This document shows, one piece after another, positions 54,677 through 64,000 of a DNA stretch of 64,000 bases (positions within the stretch are counted from its first letter, which is position 1; the number at the start of each line of letters is the position of its first letter). Source of the DNA: Planctomycetia bacterium (GTDB lineage: Bacteria > Planctomycetota > GCA-002687715); assembly GCA_005790545.1 (NCBI GenBank), contig SXUL01000122.1:7249-71248 (forward strand), given 5' to 3'. Made by a program: the position numbers and the translations under genes. The notes beneath the pieces were generated by a model, which had not been told where the DNA came from, did not search any database, and saw only the letters and a list, made by a program, of their open reading frames with translations.

Positions 54677-54920
54677 CGGAGAGGTCCCTCCAAAGGGTCA
54701 CCTCGGCCCTGAGTGCCACGTGAGACAGGCTGTTCACAGCGCCAAAGAAAGCGCGCTGCTGCGTCCCGCGACGAGCGACAGCAGTTCCCTGAGAAACCGG
54801 GCGTGACAGAGGTCGCGGAGCGACGATGTACGGCCGAAGGGCGAAGGCTCGACCGAAGGGAGCGCTCCTCGGCACGTCCGGACGGGTGCGGCACGCAAAA
54901 GGCCAGGAAACACAGCGAGG

Positions 54921-54941
54921 CCGCCAGAAGATCTGGCGGCC
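54921..54941 (-). terminator. hairpin immediately 3' of tRNA-Arg(ACG), putative terminator
   Basis: GCCGCCAGAAGATCTGGCGGC: perfect 8-bp palindromic stem. Starts 11 nt after the tRNA 3' end. Confidence 0.4.
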
Positions 54942-54951
54942 CCGTGGTCAA

Positions 54952-55025
54952 CGCACCCAGGAGGACTTGAACCTCCAACCTTCTGATCCGTAGGCAGATG
55001 CTCTCTCCAATTGGGCTATGGGTGC
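54952..55025 (-). tRNA. tRNA-Arg (ACG)
   Basis: Reverse complement GCACCCATAGCCCAATTGGAGAGAGCATCTGCCTACGGATCAGAAGGTTGGAGGTTCAAGTCCTCCTGGGTGCG. The architecture parallels E. coli tRNA-Arg(ACG). Anticodon loop CTACGGA. One C.T mismatch closes the anticodon stem. Confidence 0.8.
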
Positions 55026-55139
55026 AGAGCGCGGCGATTCTACGGAGCGGGAGGCCCGCTTCAAGCTCTGAGCGTGCACAGGGACCCTCCCCGCGGCCGC
55101 CCGCGACGGGCCGAAGTCCTTGCGGCGGCGACGCCGAGC

Positions 55140-56438
55140 TCAGCGCGCGTAGAGCGGGAAGGCCCGGCAGATTTCCGCGACTTCGCTGCGCACACTGGCA
55201 CTGGTGTCCGCGCAAGCGGGCTTCAGAAGGACGCGGTCCATGAGACGCGCGATGCGGCGGAATTCCCCCGTGCCGAGGCCGCGGGTGGTCATGGCCGGGC
55301 TGCCGACGCGGATGCCCCCCGTCACCAAGGCCGGATTCGGGTCGAAGGGCACCATGTTCTTGTTCACGGTGATCTCGGCGCGACTGAGCGCCTCCTCCGC
55401 CGCCTTGCCGGTGACGCCCCGACTCGCGAGGTCAATGAGCATGAGATGGTTGTCCGTGCCACCCGAAACGATGCGGTAGCCGAGAGAACTGAACTCCTCC
55501 GCCATGGCCGCCGCGTTCGCAATCACGCGTGCGCAGTAGTCGCGGAAAGCGGGCTGCAAAGCTTCACCGAAAGCGACGGCCTTGGCCGCGATGATGTGCA
55601 TCAAGGGGCCGCCTTGAACACCCGGGAACACCGCGCTGTCGAGAAGCTCCGATATCATCTTCAAGCGCCCGCTCTTGGGCGCGCGCTTGCCGAAAGGATT
55701 CTCATAGTCCTGCTTCAAGAGCACCATGCCGCCGCGCGTCCCACGCAACGTCTTGTGCGTGGTCGTCGTGACGACGTGGCAGTGCGGCAGCGGATCGCGC
55801 AGGAGCTTTGAGGCGATCAACCCCGCGGTGTGCGCCATGTCCATCCAGAGGAAGGCGCCAACTTCATCCGCGATGCTGCGGAAAGCTGCGTAGTCGAAAT
55901 CGCGTGAGTAGGCCGAGGCACCGATGCTGATGAGCTTCGGACGCACAGCAAGTGCCTTCGAGCGCACCTTGTCCATGTCGATGCGGCCTTCGAGCGGCCC
56001 ATCCTTCTCCACCCCGTAGAACTGGGCCTTGTAGAGGATGCCGGAGAAATTCACGGGCGAGCCGTGCGTGAGGTGCCCGCCATGCGCGAGATCGAGTCCG
56101 AGCAAAGTGTCGCCGGGTTGGAGGTATGCGAGGTAGACCGCCATGTTGGCGCTCGCGCCGGAGTGCGGCTGCACATTCACCCACGCGCAATCGAAGAGCG
56201 CCTTCGCCCGTGTGCGCGCGAGTTCCTCCGCGCTGTCCACATGCACACAGCCGCCGTAGTAGCGCTTGCCCGGCAGGCCCTCGGCGTACTTGTTGGTGAG
56301 CAGGCTGCCTGCGGCTTCCATCACCGCCCGTGAGACGAAGTTCTCGGAAGCGATGAGTTCGAGACCATGCTCCTGACGCGCAGCCTCGCGCTCGACACAG
56401 GCGGCAATCTCAGGGTCCTGACGCGCAAGCTCGCTCAT
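55140..56438 (-). CDS. glyA: serine hydroxymethyltransferase
   Basis: [10 protein letters not shown], the PLP-lysine motif ([12 protein letters not shown]) and the GxQGGP region. Confidence 0.92.
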   Translation of the reverse strand: MSELARQDPEIAACVEREAARQEHGLELIASENFVSRAVMEAAGSLLTNKYAEGLPGKRYYGGCVHVDSAEELARTRAKALFDCAWVNVQPHSGASANMAVYLAYLQPGDTLLGLDLAHGGHLTHGSPVNFSGILYKAQFYGVEKDGPLEGRIDMDKVRSKALAVRPKLISIGASAYSRDFDYAAFRSIADEVGAFLWMDMAHTAGLIASKLLRDPLPHCHVVTTTTHKTLRGTRGGMVLLKQDYENPFGKRAPKSGRLKMISELLDSAVFPGVQGGPLMHIIAAKAVAFGEALQPAFRDYCARVIANAAAMAEEFSSLGYRIVSGGTDNHLMLIDLASRGVTGKAAEEALSRAEITVNKNMVPFDPNPALVTGGIRVGSPAMTTRGLGTGEFRRIARLMDRVLLKPACADTSASVRSEVAEICRAFPLYAR

Positions 56439-56495
56439 CGGGGAATTCCTCCGGACGGGCGACGATAGCCCGCGGCCCGTCCGGCGGAAGGAGCG

Positions 56496-57995
56496 TCACT
56501 TGGCTGGTGCTGGCGCAGCCGAACCATCCGGGAGCGGCGCCGGGTTCTTCTGTTCCGGAAGTTCGCCCCAGATGCCCCACGGCTTCCAGTTCTTCGGCGG
56601 TTGACGCCGGTCGGTCTGGATGTGCGCGTAGAGCGGCGTCACGCTTTCGTCGTAGGCCACACGCCCATTCACGAAAGCCCTCTCCACGAAGGTGCGGTAA
56701 TCCAGCGGTTCGCGATCAAGGATGAGGATGTCCGCATCCTTCCCCTTGTCGAGGCTGCCGATGCGGTCCGCAACGCGGAGCATCTCCGCAGGTGTCAGCG
56801 TGATGGAACGCAGGGCCTCTTCATTGGAAACTCCACCGCGCACGGCGAAGGCCGCTTCAAGATTCAGCCCGAGAAGATCGCGTCCGCCGAACAGCGAAGT
56901 GGTGATGCCCGTGTTGAGGGTCATGGTGCTCCACGGAACACCGGTCTTCTGCATGATGGACGCCGACTCGATGCGCCAGCCATGCGGTGCATCGACGTTG
57001 GGGTCCGTGTAGGGGCGCGTGGCGGATCCGCCCTTGCCGCGCGGAAGCAGGATCACGCCTGCTGCGGAGCGCGAGACATCCGCCGCCATGGCCCAGGCCT
57101 CCTGCGCCGTGTGCAGGATGACGGGCACACCGAATTCCTGTGCGAGCTCGAGGCCGAACTCCATGTCACGGCGATTGTCGGCGTAATAGAAGACCGGCAC
57201 GTCACCATTCATCGCATCTGCGAGAGCGCTGACGTTGTCGTCCGTCTTCGGCTCGGTGAGATCCTTCTTCCCCGCCGCGAGATCCTTCAGCCAGGTCTTC
57301 ACGGCAGCGCGATGCTTCTTCGCCTTTTCGAACACGTCGCGCTGTTCGAGGCGTGCGCTGCCACCCTGCCCGCCCGGTGCGTTCATGTAGAAGGCTGCGG
57401 GTTCCCGCAGCGTGAAGCCCTCGATGGTGCCCGCCGTGAGTTTCCCGACCACTCCCCCAACCTGGCCCGTATGCGAACCGATGAATGCGCTACCCACACT
57501 GCCGAAGAGCCCGCCGAACATGCTGTCCGCCATACCGCCGCTCTCATGCGCCGTGGTGACACCGTTCGCGAGAGCGAGCTGCATGAAGTCAGCAAAGGGA
57601 TCGAAGCGGTGCTCCGCCTTCTCCTTGTTCGTGGAGTTGCGGAGCCCCAATGCGCCCTTGGCCGCGATGGCCACGAAACCGGGCGCCACATGCTTGCCTC
57701 GGCCATCGATGATTTCCGCGCCTTCGGGAATCGTCACATCGGTTCCCACAGCGTGAATGAGCTTGTCCTTGATGAGCAGCGTGCCGCCAGTGATGACGCC
57801 ATGAGACACGGTGTGCAACGTGGCGTCCTTGATGGCGACCCAGCGCGGGCCCGCCTTCTTCTCCGCCACGGGTTGCTCGGCGGCCGGTCTGGTGGCCGCA
57901 GCGGCGGGCGCCTTCGCGCCTTCCTTCGGAGCCTCACCCTGTGCCGAGAGCATGGATGCCACAACGAGGCCGCTCATGAAGATCCGGGCGCGCAT
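56496..57995 (-). CDS. amidohydrolase-superfamily protein, signal peptide, degenerate metal site
   Basis: Signal peptide MRARIFMSGLVVASMLSAQG. N-terminal beta-sandwich (IIDGRGKHVAPGFVAI) lacks the HxH dyad. C-terminal motif GSLDKGKDADILILD...FVNGRVAY. Confidence 0.7.
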   Translation of the reverse strand: MRARIFMSGLVVASMLSAQGEAPKEGAKAPAAAATRPAAEQPVAEKKAGPRWVAIKDATLHTVSHGVITGGTLLIKDKLIHAVGTDVTIPEGAEIIDGRGKHVAPGFVAIAAKGALGLRNSTNKEKAEHRFDPFADFMQLALANGVTTAHESGGMADSMFGGLFGSVGSAFIGSHTGQVGGVVGKLTAGTIEGFTLREPAAFYMNAPGGQGGSARLEQRDVFEKAKKHRAAVKTWLKDLAAGKKDLTEPKTDDNVSALADAMNGDVPVFYYADNRRDMEFGLELAQEFGVPVILHTAQEAWAMAADVSRSAAGVILLPRGKGGSATRPYTDPNVDAPHGWRIESASIMQKTGVPWSTMTLNTGITTSLFGGRDLLGLNLEAAFAVRGGVSNEEALRSITLTPAEMLRVADRIGSLDKGKDADILILDREPLDYRTFVERAFVNGRVAYDESVTPLYAHIQTDRRQPPKNWKPWGIWGELPEQKNPAPLPDGSAAPAPAK

Positions 57996-59425
57996 CAGCG
58001 GTCCTCCTTCGTTGCATCGTGAATGACTGCGCCATCCACCACTACCGCGATGAGTTTCGTGGTCGGAGCCAGAGGCTCGCCGTCATAGAGGACGAAATCC
58101 GCATCGCGGCCTTGTTCGAGGGAACCGGTGCGCTGACCGAGTCCGAGCACTTCCGCCGGCGTGAGTGTGGCGGCACGCAGCGCGTCGTCGGGATGCAGCC
58201 CGTGCCGCACGAGTTGCAGCAGTTCACCGCGGAAGCGCTCGAGACCTTCCAATTCGCGGGCTTCCGGCATGAAGGCCACAGGGACGCCCGCATCAAGCAG
58301 GATCGCCGCCGTGGAACGCAAGGTCGCGATGAAGGGGACGTTGCTCATCTGCGGAGGCATGAGCACTGTGACCCCGGCTTTCTTCAGGCCAGCGACCACA
58401 CGCCATGCATCCGGGCCGCCACGAAATGCCGCACCGGTAAACGCCACCGCGGGGCGGAAGCTCGCATCCGCCGCGAGCAAGGCCTCGGTGTGCAGAAACG
58501 CAGCGGCACCCGAGATGAAAAGCACACCCGGGAGCTTCGCTTCGAGAGCGTCCACGAGCGGCTGCAATTTCGGGTCCTTCTGTGGTTCCTTCGGCGGCTC
58601 CGGCTTTTTCTCCTCGGCCTTCTTCTCACCTTCGGGTTTCTTTTCCTCGGGCTTTGCTTCGCCTTCCTTCGGCGCGTCCGCAGGCTTCGCTTCGGCTGGC
58701 TTGGCTTCCGCCGACTTCGGCTCTGCTGGTTTCGCCTCGGCGGGCTTGCCGCCCTTCTTGAATGCTTCCAGGTCGGTGATGTACTTGCGCGCCTTCTCGA
58801 TGGACTTCAGGAAGAAGTCCCGTGTGGCCGTGCCGGGCTCGAAGGCCATGGCAAGCGCAGCCTTGTCATCGCGGATCAGGCTCCCGATTTCGGGCAGGCC
58901 CGCCACAGGCTTCACCGGCTTCGCAATCGTCACCATGCCAGAAACGCCGCCGCCGGTCGGCATGAGCGCGACCGTCGTGAAACCCGAACGCGCGAACTTC
59001 TTCACGTCCGCTTCCTGCGGGTCGAGCTTGCCACGCACGGTTTCATCACCCTTGGCGGCGGAGCCGCTCAGATCGAAGCGCTCTCCGGCACCGAAGAACA
59101 ATGCAGCGGGGTGCACGAAGCCTGGTGCAACGGTGAGCGAGCGGCGCTCCTCGTGGGTTGCATGCGTCGGCACTTCGAGCACGCCTTCCTTCCCCACGGC
59201 GGTGATCTTCCCGTTGCTCACGAGAATCACGGCGGCATCGATGACGCCGCCGGTGATCGTGTGAGCGCGCTTGACGTGCCACGCGACCACCGGTGCCTTC
59301 GCCGCGGCATCGTCGCCAGCAGCCGGCTCGGGTGTCTCTTGCGCGAATACAAGAGTCGCGAGAATGAGCGTGAGCGCGAGCGCGCGCAACGAATCAGAAA
59401 CGCTGTCCATCACGGGCCGCGTCAT
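57995..59425 (-). CDS. amidohydrolase-superfamily protein, signal peptide, degenerate metal site, KPAE-rich linker
   Basis: VAPGFVHPAALF in place of HxH. C-terminal motif GSLEQGRDADFVLYD. Internal low-complexity KPAEAKPAEPKSAEAKPAEAKPA segment. Confidence 0.65.
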   Translation of the reverse strand: MTRPVMDSVSDSLRALALTLILATLVFAQETPEPAAGDDAAAKAPVVAWHVKRAHTITGGVIDAAVILVSNGKITAVGKEGVLEVPTHATHEERRSLTVAPGFVHPAALFFGAGERFDLSGSAAKGDETVRGKLDPQEADVKKFARSGFTTVALMPTGGGVSGMVTIAKPVKPVAGLPEIGSLIRDDKAALAMAFEPGTATRDFFLKSIEKARKYITDLEAFKKGGKPAEAKPAEPKSAEAKPAEAKPADAPKEGEAKPEEKKPEGEKKAEEKKPEPPKEPQKDPKLQPLVDALEAKLPGVLFISGAAAFLHTEALLAADASFRPAVAFTGAAFRGGPDAWRVVAGLKKAGVTVLMPPQMSNVPFIATLRSTAAILLDAGVPVAFMPEARELEGLERFRGELLQLVRHGLHPDDALRAATLTPAEVLGLGQRTGSLEQGRDADFVLYDGEPLAPTTKLIAVVVDGAVIHDATKEDR

Positions 59426-60638
59426 AGGCCACCTTTCCGTTCACGAAGGTCATGAGCACGCGCGAGCGCGGGTCAAAGGGATCGCCGGTCCAGATGGCCA
59501 GATCTGCATCCTTGCCGGTTTCAAGGGAACCGAGCCGCTTCTCCAGACAGAGAAAGCGCGCTGCGTTGATGGTGAGGCCCTTCAGAGCCACACCCTCGGG
59601 CAGTCCATGCCGGATGGCCATGGCCGCCTGGTAGGGAAGCTCTTCCTGCGGCACCACAGGTGAGTCGGTGTTCACACCGATGTGGTCGTCACTGACGCCC
59701 ATCCAGTACCAGCTCGCCGCGAGGCCGAAGAAGCGCCCGTCATTCGGGCTGAGCCAGAAGATGCGCGGTCCGCACGCAGCGCTCACGTTGTTGTCGATGG
59801 CGAGCTGCGCATTGATGAAGCCGTCGAATTCGCCGTGGTCGATGACCACCTTCAGCTTCAGGTCGCGGGCGAGCATGCGCAGGGTGCTCTGCACCACCTG
59901 GAAAATCTGTGTGTGCACGGCCACCGGGTATTCGCCGCGATAGAGACCACGGAGGTACTCGTAGCGCGGGTCCTTCGCGGGCTGGGTCTTCGTCTTCCCC
60001 TCCTCGAAGGCACACCAGGCCTCGTGGTAGGCGCGGCCTTCCACAAGCACGTTCCTGATCATCCAGTTCATGCCGATGCGCCCGGCACCGAGGTCGCCAT
60101 TGCCGCGTTCCGGGTTGCCTGCCTGCGCAATCTTGAGGGCTCCCGGGAAGCGCACGAGCACTTCCTTCGGCGTCTCACCGAAGGTCTTCACAATGGCGCC
60201 GAAGCCGCCCATGTTCGTGCCCGAACCGGGAATGGACAGCACCGTGGTGACGCCACCGGCGCGTGCGATGCGCATTTCCGGGGAATCCAGCTCGATGTTG
60301 TCGAGCACGCGGAGTTCCGGATTCACCTGGTACACGATGTCGTGCAGGTCGCTGCACGCCGTGTGATTGTGCAACTCGATGAAGCCCGGGATGACACGCT
60401 GCCCGGTGGTGTCGACAACGCGGTAGCCCGCAGGCACGGGCAGTTCACCCAGCGCTCCGACCTGCTCGATCTTGCCGTCGCGCATCAACACGACGCCCCG
60501 CTCGATGGACGGACCAGCCATGGTGTACACGCGCCCGCCGGTGAGCGCGAAGCACCCTGGCTCCAGAGGCGCCACCGGCCCTTCCTGAGCAGCCAGCACG
60601 AGCGTCAGAACGAGAATCACGCCGAGGGTGCGCATCAC
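59394..60638 (-). CDS. amidohydrolase (metal-dependent), signal peptide, intact HxH motif
   Basis: Signal peptide MMRTLGVILVLTLVLAAQ. Catalytic motif VIPGFIELHNH. C-terminal motif GSLETGKDADLAIWTGDPFD...FVNGKVAY. Confidence 0.75.
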   Translation of the reverse strand: MMRTLGVILVLTLVLAAQEGPVAPLEPGCFALTGGRVYTMAGPSIERGVVLMRDGKIEQVGALGELPVPAGYRVVDTTGQRVIPGFIELHNHTACSDLHDIVYQVNPELRVLDNIELDSPEMRIARAGGVTTVLSIPGSGTNMGGFGAIVKTFGETPKEVLVRFPGALKIAQAGNPERGNGDLGAGRIGMNWMIRNVLVEGRAYHEAWCAFEEGKTKTQPAKDPRYEYLRGLYRGEYPVAVHTQIFQVVQSTLRMLARDLKLKVVIDHGEFDGFINAQLAIDNNVSAACGPRIFWLSPNDGRFFGLAASWYWMGVSDDHIGVNTDSPVVPQEELPYQAAMAIRHGLPEGVALKGLTINAARFLCLEKRLGSLETGKDADLAIWTGDPFDPRSRVLMTFVNGKVAYDAARDGQRF

Positions 60639-63469
60639 TCTTTCTCCTTCAGAGGCACGAGCCTGCCCTTCGAGACCACATGCAGAATGCGCGTGGCCGG
60701 CGCGAAGGGTTCGCCATCGAGAATCACGAGATCGCCGTCGCGTCCCATCTGGATGCCGCCGATCTTCTGTTGGTGATTGAGGACCAGCGCCGGCCAGCGC
60801 GTGAGCATGCGCAGCGCGTCGTCGCTGTTCAGGCCTTGTTGCACCGCATGACTCGCGATGTCCATGAGACGCGCACTGTCCCGGTGCGCCAGCAGCACAG
60901 GCACTCCTGCACGCGCCGCCTCAAGGACGGGCGACCAATCACGCCCCTCGCGCTTCAAGACCGGCGCGGACACGGACGCATAGGCCACACCGAGTTCCTT
61001 CATCAGCGGCAGAAGTTCCGGAAGCAGGCGTGATTCCATGAAGGCCACGCGCACGTCGAATTCGTCGCGCAGCATGCTGAGCAACGCCCGCGCGAGGCGC
61101 TCGTTGTCCGCACTGAGGAAGATGGGCGCTTCGCCATCGAGGACGCCCTTCCAGGCTTCCATGGCTTCGTTCTTCGCCGGAGCCTTGGGGCGCCCCTTTG
61201 GCTCGTCGCTCTTCGCGGTCTCCGCAGGCTTCGCGGCCTCACCATTCTTGGCGGAGCCGTTCTTGGCTGAGCCATCCTTCGCCGCCTCGGCGCTCTTCCC
61301 GTCTGCGGGCTTCACTTCGGCCGGCTTCGGCGCCTCGCGTTCGCGGCGCAGCAGGAATGTTCCAGCAACCTTGCCCTCGAGGGTGGCAGTGCCTGACCAT
61401 TCGTGACGTGTGAGCGCTCCGCGGGCGACGAAGCTCTTCCCTGCCACGGTGCCTTCCGCCACGAGCTCGCCGCCATCGAAGCGTGCCGTCCCCTCGAAGG
61501 GATCGCGACCCGCTGCTTCCACCTTCACTTTGAAACCGTCCTTGTCCGGAGTGAAGCGCGCGATGCAACGGATGTGTCCCTCGGCAACGACCTCCGGCGC
61601 CCACACATCGCCGCGCCACGCATCACCGAGGATGGTGCGGGCTTCGGGCGCCTTCGAGCGTGTCACCTGATGCGACACCTCTGCTGCCTTGGGCGGGTTC
61701 TTCTCGTCGAATGCCGCGAGGTCCTTCTTCCACTTCTCGAAGCTCTCGAAGTACTTCTTCGCGCCGTCGAGGATCTTTCTGAGGCCGTCGACTTCCTGTT
61801 CGCTGTGGCGACGACCGGTGAAATCTGAAAACACGCCCGCGATCTTCGCACTCACCGCCTCGGAGGCTGCGGAGCCGCACTTGACCAATGAGAGCGCGCC
61901 CGAGACATTGCGGCCACCACCGGGCATCAGCACCAATGAGGTCACCCCGCCCGCGGCGGCTGATTCCACGTCGTCCTGCTCCGCATCGAAGAAGCTGGAC
62001 GGTGGTTGTTCAAGGCCGAGTGCTCCAAGACTTGCGTCCGTCACCGCCTCACCATCCGCCTCGCGAAGATTGCGCACGCCGGTCTGCGCACCGGCGTTGA
62101 TGAAACCGGGCACCACCACCGCTTCGGGAAGATCGAGAATGCGCGCGCCGGGCGGGATGGTGATGCCTCGCCCGACACCGGCGATCTTCCCCTTCACGAT
62201 GAGCACGGTGGCGTCTTCAAGCACGGTGCCATCGCCGGGCAGCACACGCCCAGCGCGCACGGCCACGGGAGAATCCGAGCCCGCGGAGCGATCCCGCATC
62301 ACGCGACCATGAGCGACCACCACGATGGGCCGCGTGCCCGCAGCCAGTGGATCGCGGTCGAACAGCAGGAGATCAGCACTGGCGCCTTCGCGCACAAGGC
62401 CGGCCTCCGCGCCGATGATCTCCGCAGCACCGCGCGTGATGGCACGCAGCACACGCTCCTTCGCAAAGCCGGCGTTCTCGTGACGACCAGCGAGCCAGAG
62501 CAGCTCGCCCTCGGCATTCAGCGGAGCGATGGCGACGCGCACACCTGCGGCCGCGAGGCGCGCTGCGGCATCCGCCGCAGGGTCCATTTCACCAAATCGC
62601 GATTTCCCGGCGTCAACGGAGGGCTGCTCCAGAATGAGCGCTGCACCGGCGCTCCCCAGTTCCTTCGCGAGCTGCCAAGCCTCGGCGCCGCCCTCAATCA
62701 CCGGCGCGTGCCCTGCCTCGCGTGCGAGTTCGATGGCCAGCGTGATTTCCTCCACGCTGTCCGCGCGAAACCGCAGCCCGCGTTTCTTCGCGAGGACATC
62801 CGCGAACACCGCCACGGCGCCGCGCTCGTCCTCGTCAAGTTCCGCCGCCTCCGCGGCCGCCGCATTGCGCGCGAATTCAAGCAGCTCACGGAAGGCCATG
62901 GCCGCACCGCCGCGCGTACGCGGCAACTGGCGCTTGATGCCAGGGCGATCCTCCGGACCCGGTGGCACTGCCGGGACATAGATGTGCGGCGGATTGAATG
63001 CCGCCGGCGAAAGGACGACATGCACCGCCGGAAGAGCGGGCTGCACTCCGCCGCCAGCGTCCGCAGCAGCGAGCGAAATCACGCCCCCGCTGCCGGGGAC
63101 GAAGCGGCCACGGCCGGGTGATGCCCAGAACGTGGTGATGCCGGCGTCGAGCAGTGCTTGAGGCGCATAGGCATCGTGCGCATCCGTCGCGAGCACCTGC
63201 GGCCAGACGCTCCGTTCCGAGGGGCCGACCCGCACAGCATCCGCGAGCACGAGGCCGGGAATGAGAAACGCACCGTCGACCGCGAACACCTTCGCACCCG
63301 CCGCTTGCAATGTCGCATCGCCGATGGTGGCGACCTTGCCTTCGCGCACGAGGACCGAGCGTCCCGCGCTCAGGGTTTCTCCGTCGAAGAGCGTCACGTT
63401 GCGGAAGAGCAGCGGCTCCTGCGCGAGAACAACGGCGAGGAGGGCCGGAACAAGAAGCAGGCAGCGCAT
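60635..63469 (-). CDS. tandem double amidohydrolase-like protein (two degenerate domains joined by Ala/Lys-rich linker), signal peptide
   Basis: Signal peptide MRCLLLVPALLAVVLAQ. Two amidohydrolase-like halves (FLIPGLVLADAV and VVVPGFINAGAQ in place of HxH) are separated by AEVKPADGKSAEAAKDGSAKNGSAKNGEAAKPAETAK. Confidence 0.65.
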   Translation of the reverse strand: MRCLLLVPALLAVVLAQEPLLFRNVTLFDGETLSAGRSVLVREGKVATIGDATLQAAGAKVFAVDGAFLIPGLVLADAVRVGPSERSVWPQVLATDAHDAYAPQALLDAGITTFWASPGRGRFVPGSGGVISLAAADAGGGVQPALPAVHVVLSPAAFNPPHIYVPAVPPGPEDRPGIKRQLPRTRGGAAMAFRELLEFARNAAAAEAAELDEDERGAVAVFADVLAKKRGLRFRADSVEEITLAIELAREAGHAPVIEGGAEAWQLAKELGSAGAALILEQPSVDAGKSRFGEMDPAADAAARLAAAGVRVAIAPLNAEGELLWLAGRHENAGFAKERVLRAITRGAAEIIGAEAGLVREGASADLLLFDRDPLAAGTRPIVVVAHGRVMRDRSAGSDSPVAVRAGRVLPGDGTVLEDATVLIVKGKIAGVGRGITIPPGARILDLPEAVVVPGFINAGAQTGVRNLREADGEAVTDASLGALGLEQPPSSFFDAEQDDVESAAAGGVTSLVLMPGGGRNVSGALSLVKCGSAASEAVSAKIAGVFSDFTGRRHSEQEVDGLRKILDGAKKYFESFEKWKKDLAAFDEKNPPKAAEVSHQVTRSKAPEARTILGDAWRGDVWAPEVVAEGHIRCIARFTPDKDGFKVKVEAAGRDPFEGTARFDGGELVAEGTVAGKSFVARGALTRHEWSGTATLEGKVAGTFLLRREREAPKPAEVKPADGKSAEAAKDGSAKNGSAKNGEAAKPAETAKSDEPKGRPKAPAKNEAMEAWKGVLDGEAPIFLSADNERLARALLSMLRDEFDVRVAFMESRLLPELLPLMKELGVAYASVSAPVLKREGRDWSPVLEAARAGVPVLLAHRDSARLMDIASHAVQQGLNSDDALRMLTRWPALVLNHQQKIGGIQMGRDGDLVILDGEPFAPATRILHVVSKGRLVPLKEKE

Positions 63470-64000
63470 CAGCGGCCCGCTCCGAAGATCTCGGAGAGGC
63501 GCGGATCCTTCGCGCGCTCGTAGACAACGCGCCCGCCGATGATGCCCGTCTCCACCCAGGCGAGGCCCGAAAGCGGATCGTCGGTGAGCACGAGCACGTC
63601 ACCATCGCGGCCTTTGTCGAGAGCACCTTTCCGCGCACCAAGACCGATGGCCTCGGCCGCGTTGGTCGTCACGGCGGCCAGCGCTTCTTCGCGCGAGAGC
63701 CCGCAGCGCACGAGACTCGCGGCCTGGTACCACATGTAACGGCGCGCCAGCGAGCCGGGCGCGGTGGTCACGGCAAAGCGCACGCCGGCTTCCTTCAGAA
63801 GTTGCGGCAGGTTGCGCACCACTTCCTTGCCTGTTTCGGGATCGTCCTCGCGCGGCTGGAACTCGCCTGCGAGAATCACCGGCAGCTTCCGGCCCTTCAG
63901 ACGCGCAAACGCGCGCCAGGTGTCGTTGCCGAGGACCAGCCGCACGTCGAGCTTGTAGTCCGCTTCGAGGCGCAGCGCCTGCTCCACGTCCGCAGCGGTG
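63469..64000 (-). CDS. amidohydrolase-superfamily protein, 5' end beyond the window
   Basis: C-terminal amidohydrolase motifs (GALDKGRDGDVLVLTDDPL...IIGGRVVYE). The reading frame is open to the window edge. Confidence 0.6.
   Translation of the reverse strand, partial: TAADVEQALRLEADYKLDVRLVLGNDTWRAFARLKGRKLPVILAGEFQPREDDPETGKEVVRNLPQLLKEAGVRFAVTTAPGSLARRYMWYQAASLVRCGLSREEALAAVTTNAAEAIGLGARKGALDKGRDGDVLVLTDDPLSGLAWVETGIIGGRVVYERAKDPRLSEIFGAGR

Noticed and set aside
59682-63121. 364-aa and 371-aa plus-strand ORFs (59682-60776, 62006-63121)
   Set aside because: Antisense to the amidohydrolase-like genes. His/Arg/Gly-rich translations typical of reverse-strand GC-rich artefacts.

Overview
This is a 64-kb chromosomal segment with about 68-70% GC from an unidentified bacterium. 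A DUF1800/DUF1501 gene pair, an rpoN gene and many signal-peptide proteins suggest a Planctomycetes/Verrucomicrobia-like lineage. Coding is dense on both strands. Housekeeping genes recognised from their translations are ssb, prmC-prfA-rpmE, skp, ribF, def, rpsT, dnaX-ybaB-recR, rpoN, tadA, corA, mutY, xylAB, tatD, glyA and ldcA. There is a complete propionyl-CoA to succinyl-CoA module (pccB, biotin carboxylase, BCCP, methylmalonyl-CoA epimerase, methylmalonyl-CoA mutase catalytic subunit). There are six tRNAs: Phe, two Ser and two Arg. The most unusual signals are two genes with an in-frame TGA at the position of a redox or metal-binding cysteine. One is a periplasmic HMA (MerP/CopZ-like) domain protein and the other an AhpC/Prx-family peroxiredoxin. 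Each has a stable hairpin 15-16 nt downstream of the TGA, so both are candidate selenoproteins. Other accessory-looking loci: (1) a metal-uptake-like operon encoding two proteins built from cysteine-rich YHS-like repeats plus a TonB-dependent receptor; (2) a ceramidase-like membrane domain fused to a Kdo/WaaP-like kinase domain; (3) a run of five tandem, overlapping, signal-peptide amidohydrolase-superfamily genes with only one intact HxH metal site; (4) a small island bounded by two tRNA-Arg genes that carries an RCC1-repeat secreted protein, an IS3-family OrfA remnant and a secreted hypothetical protein. All calls are from reading translations and motifs by eye. No database searches were run.
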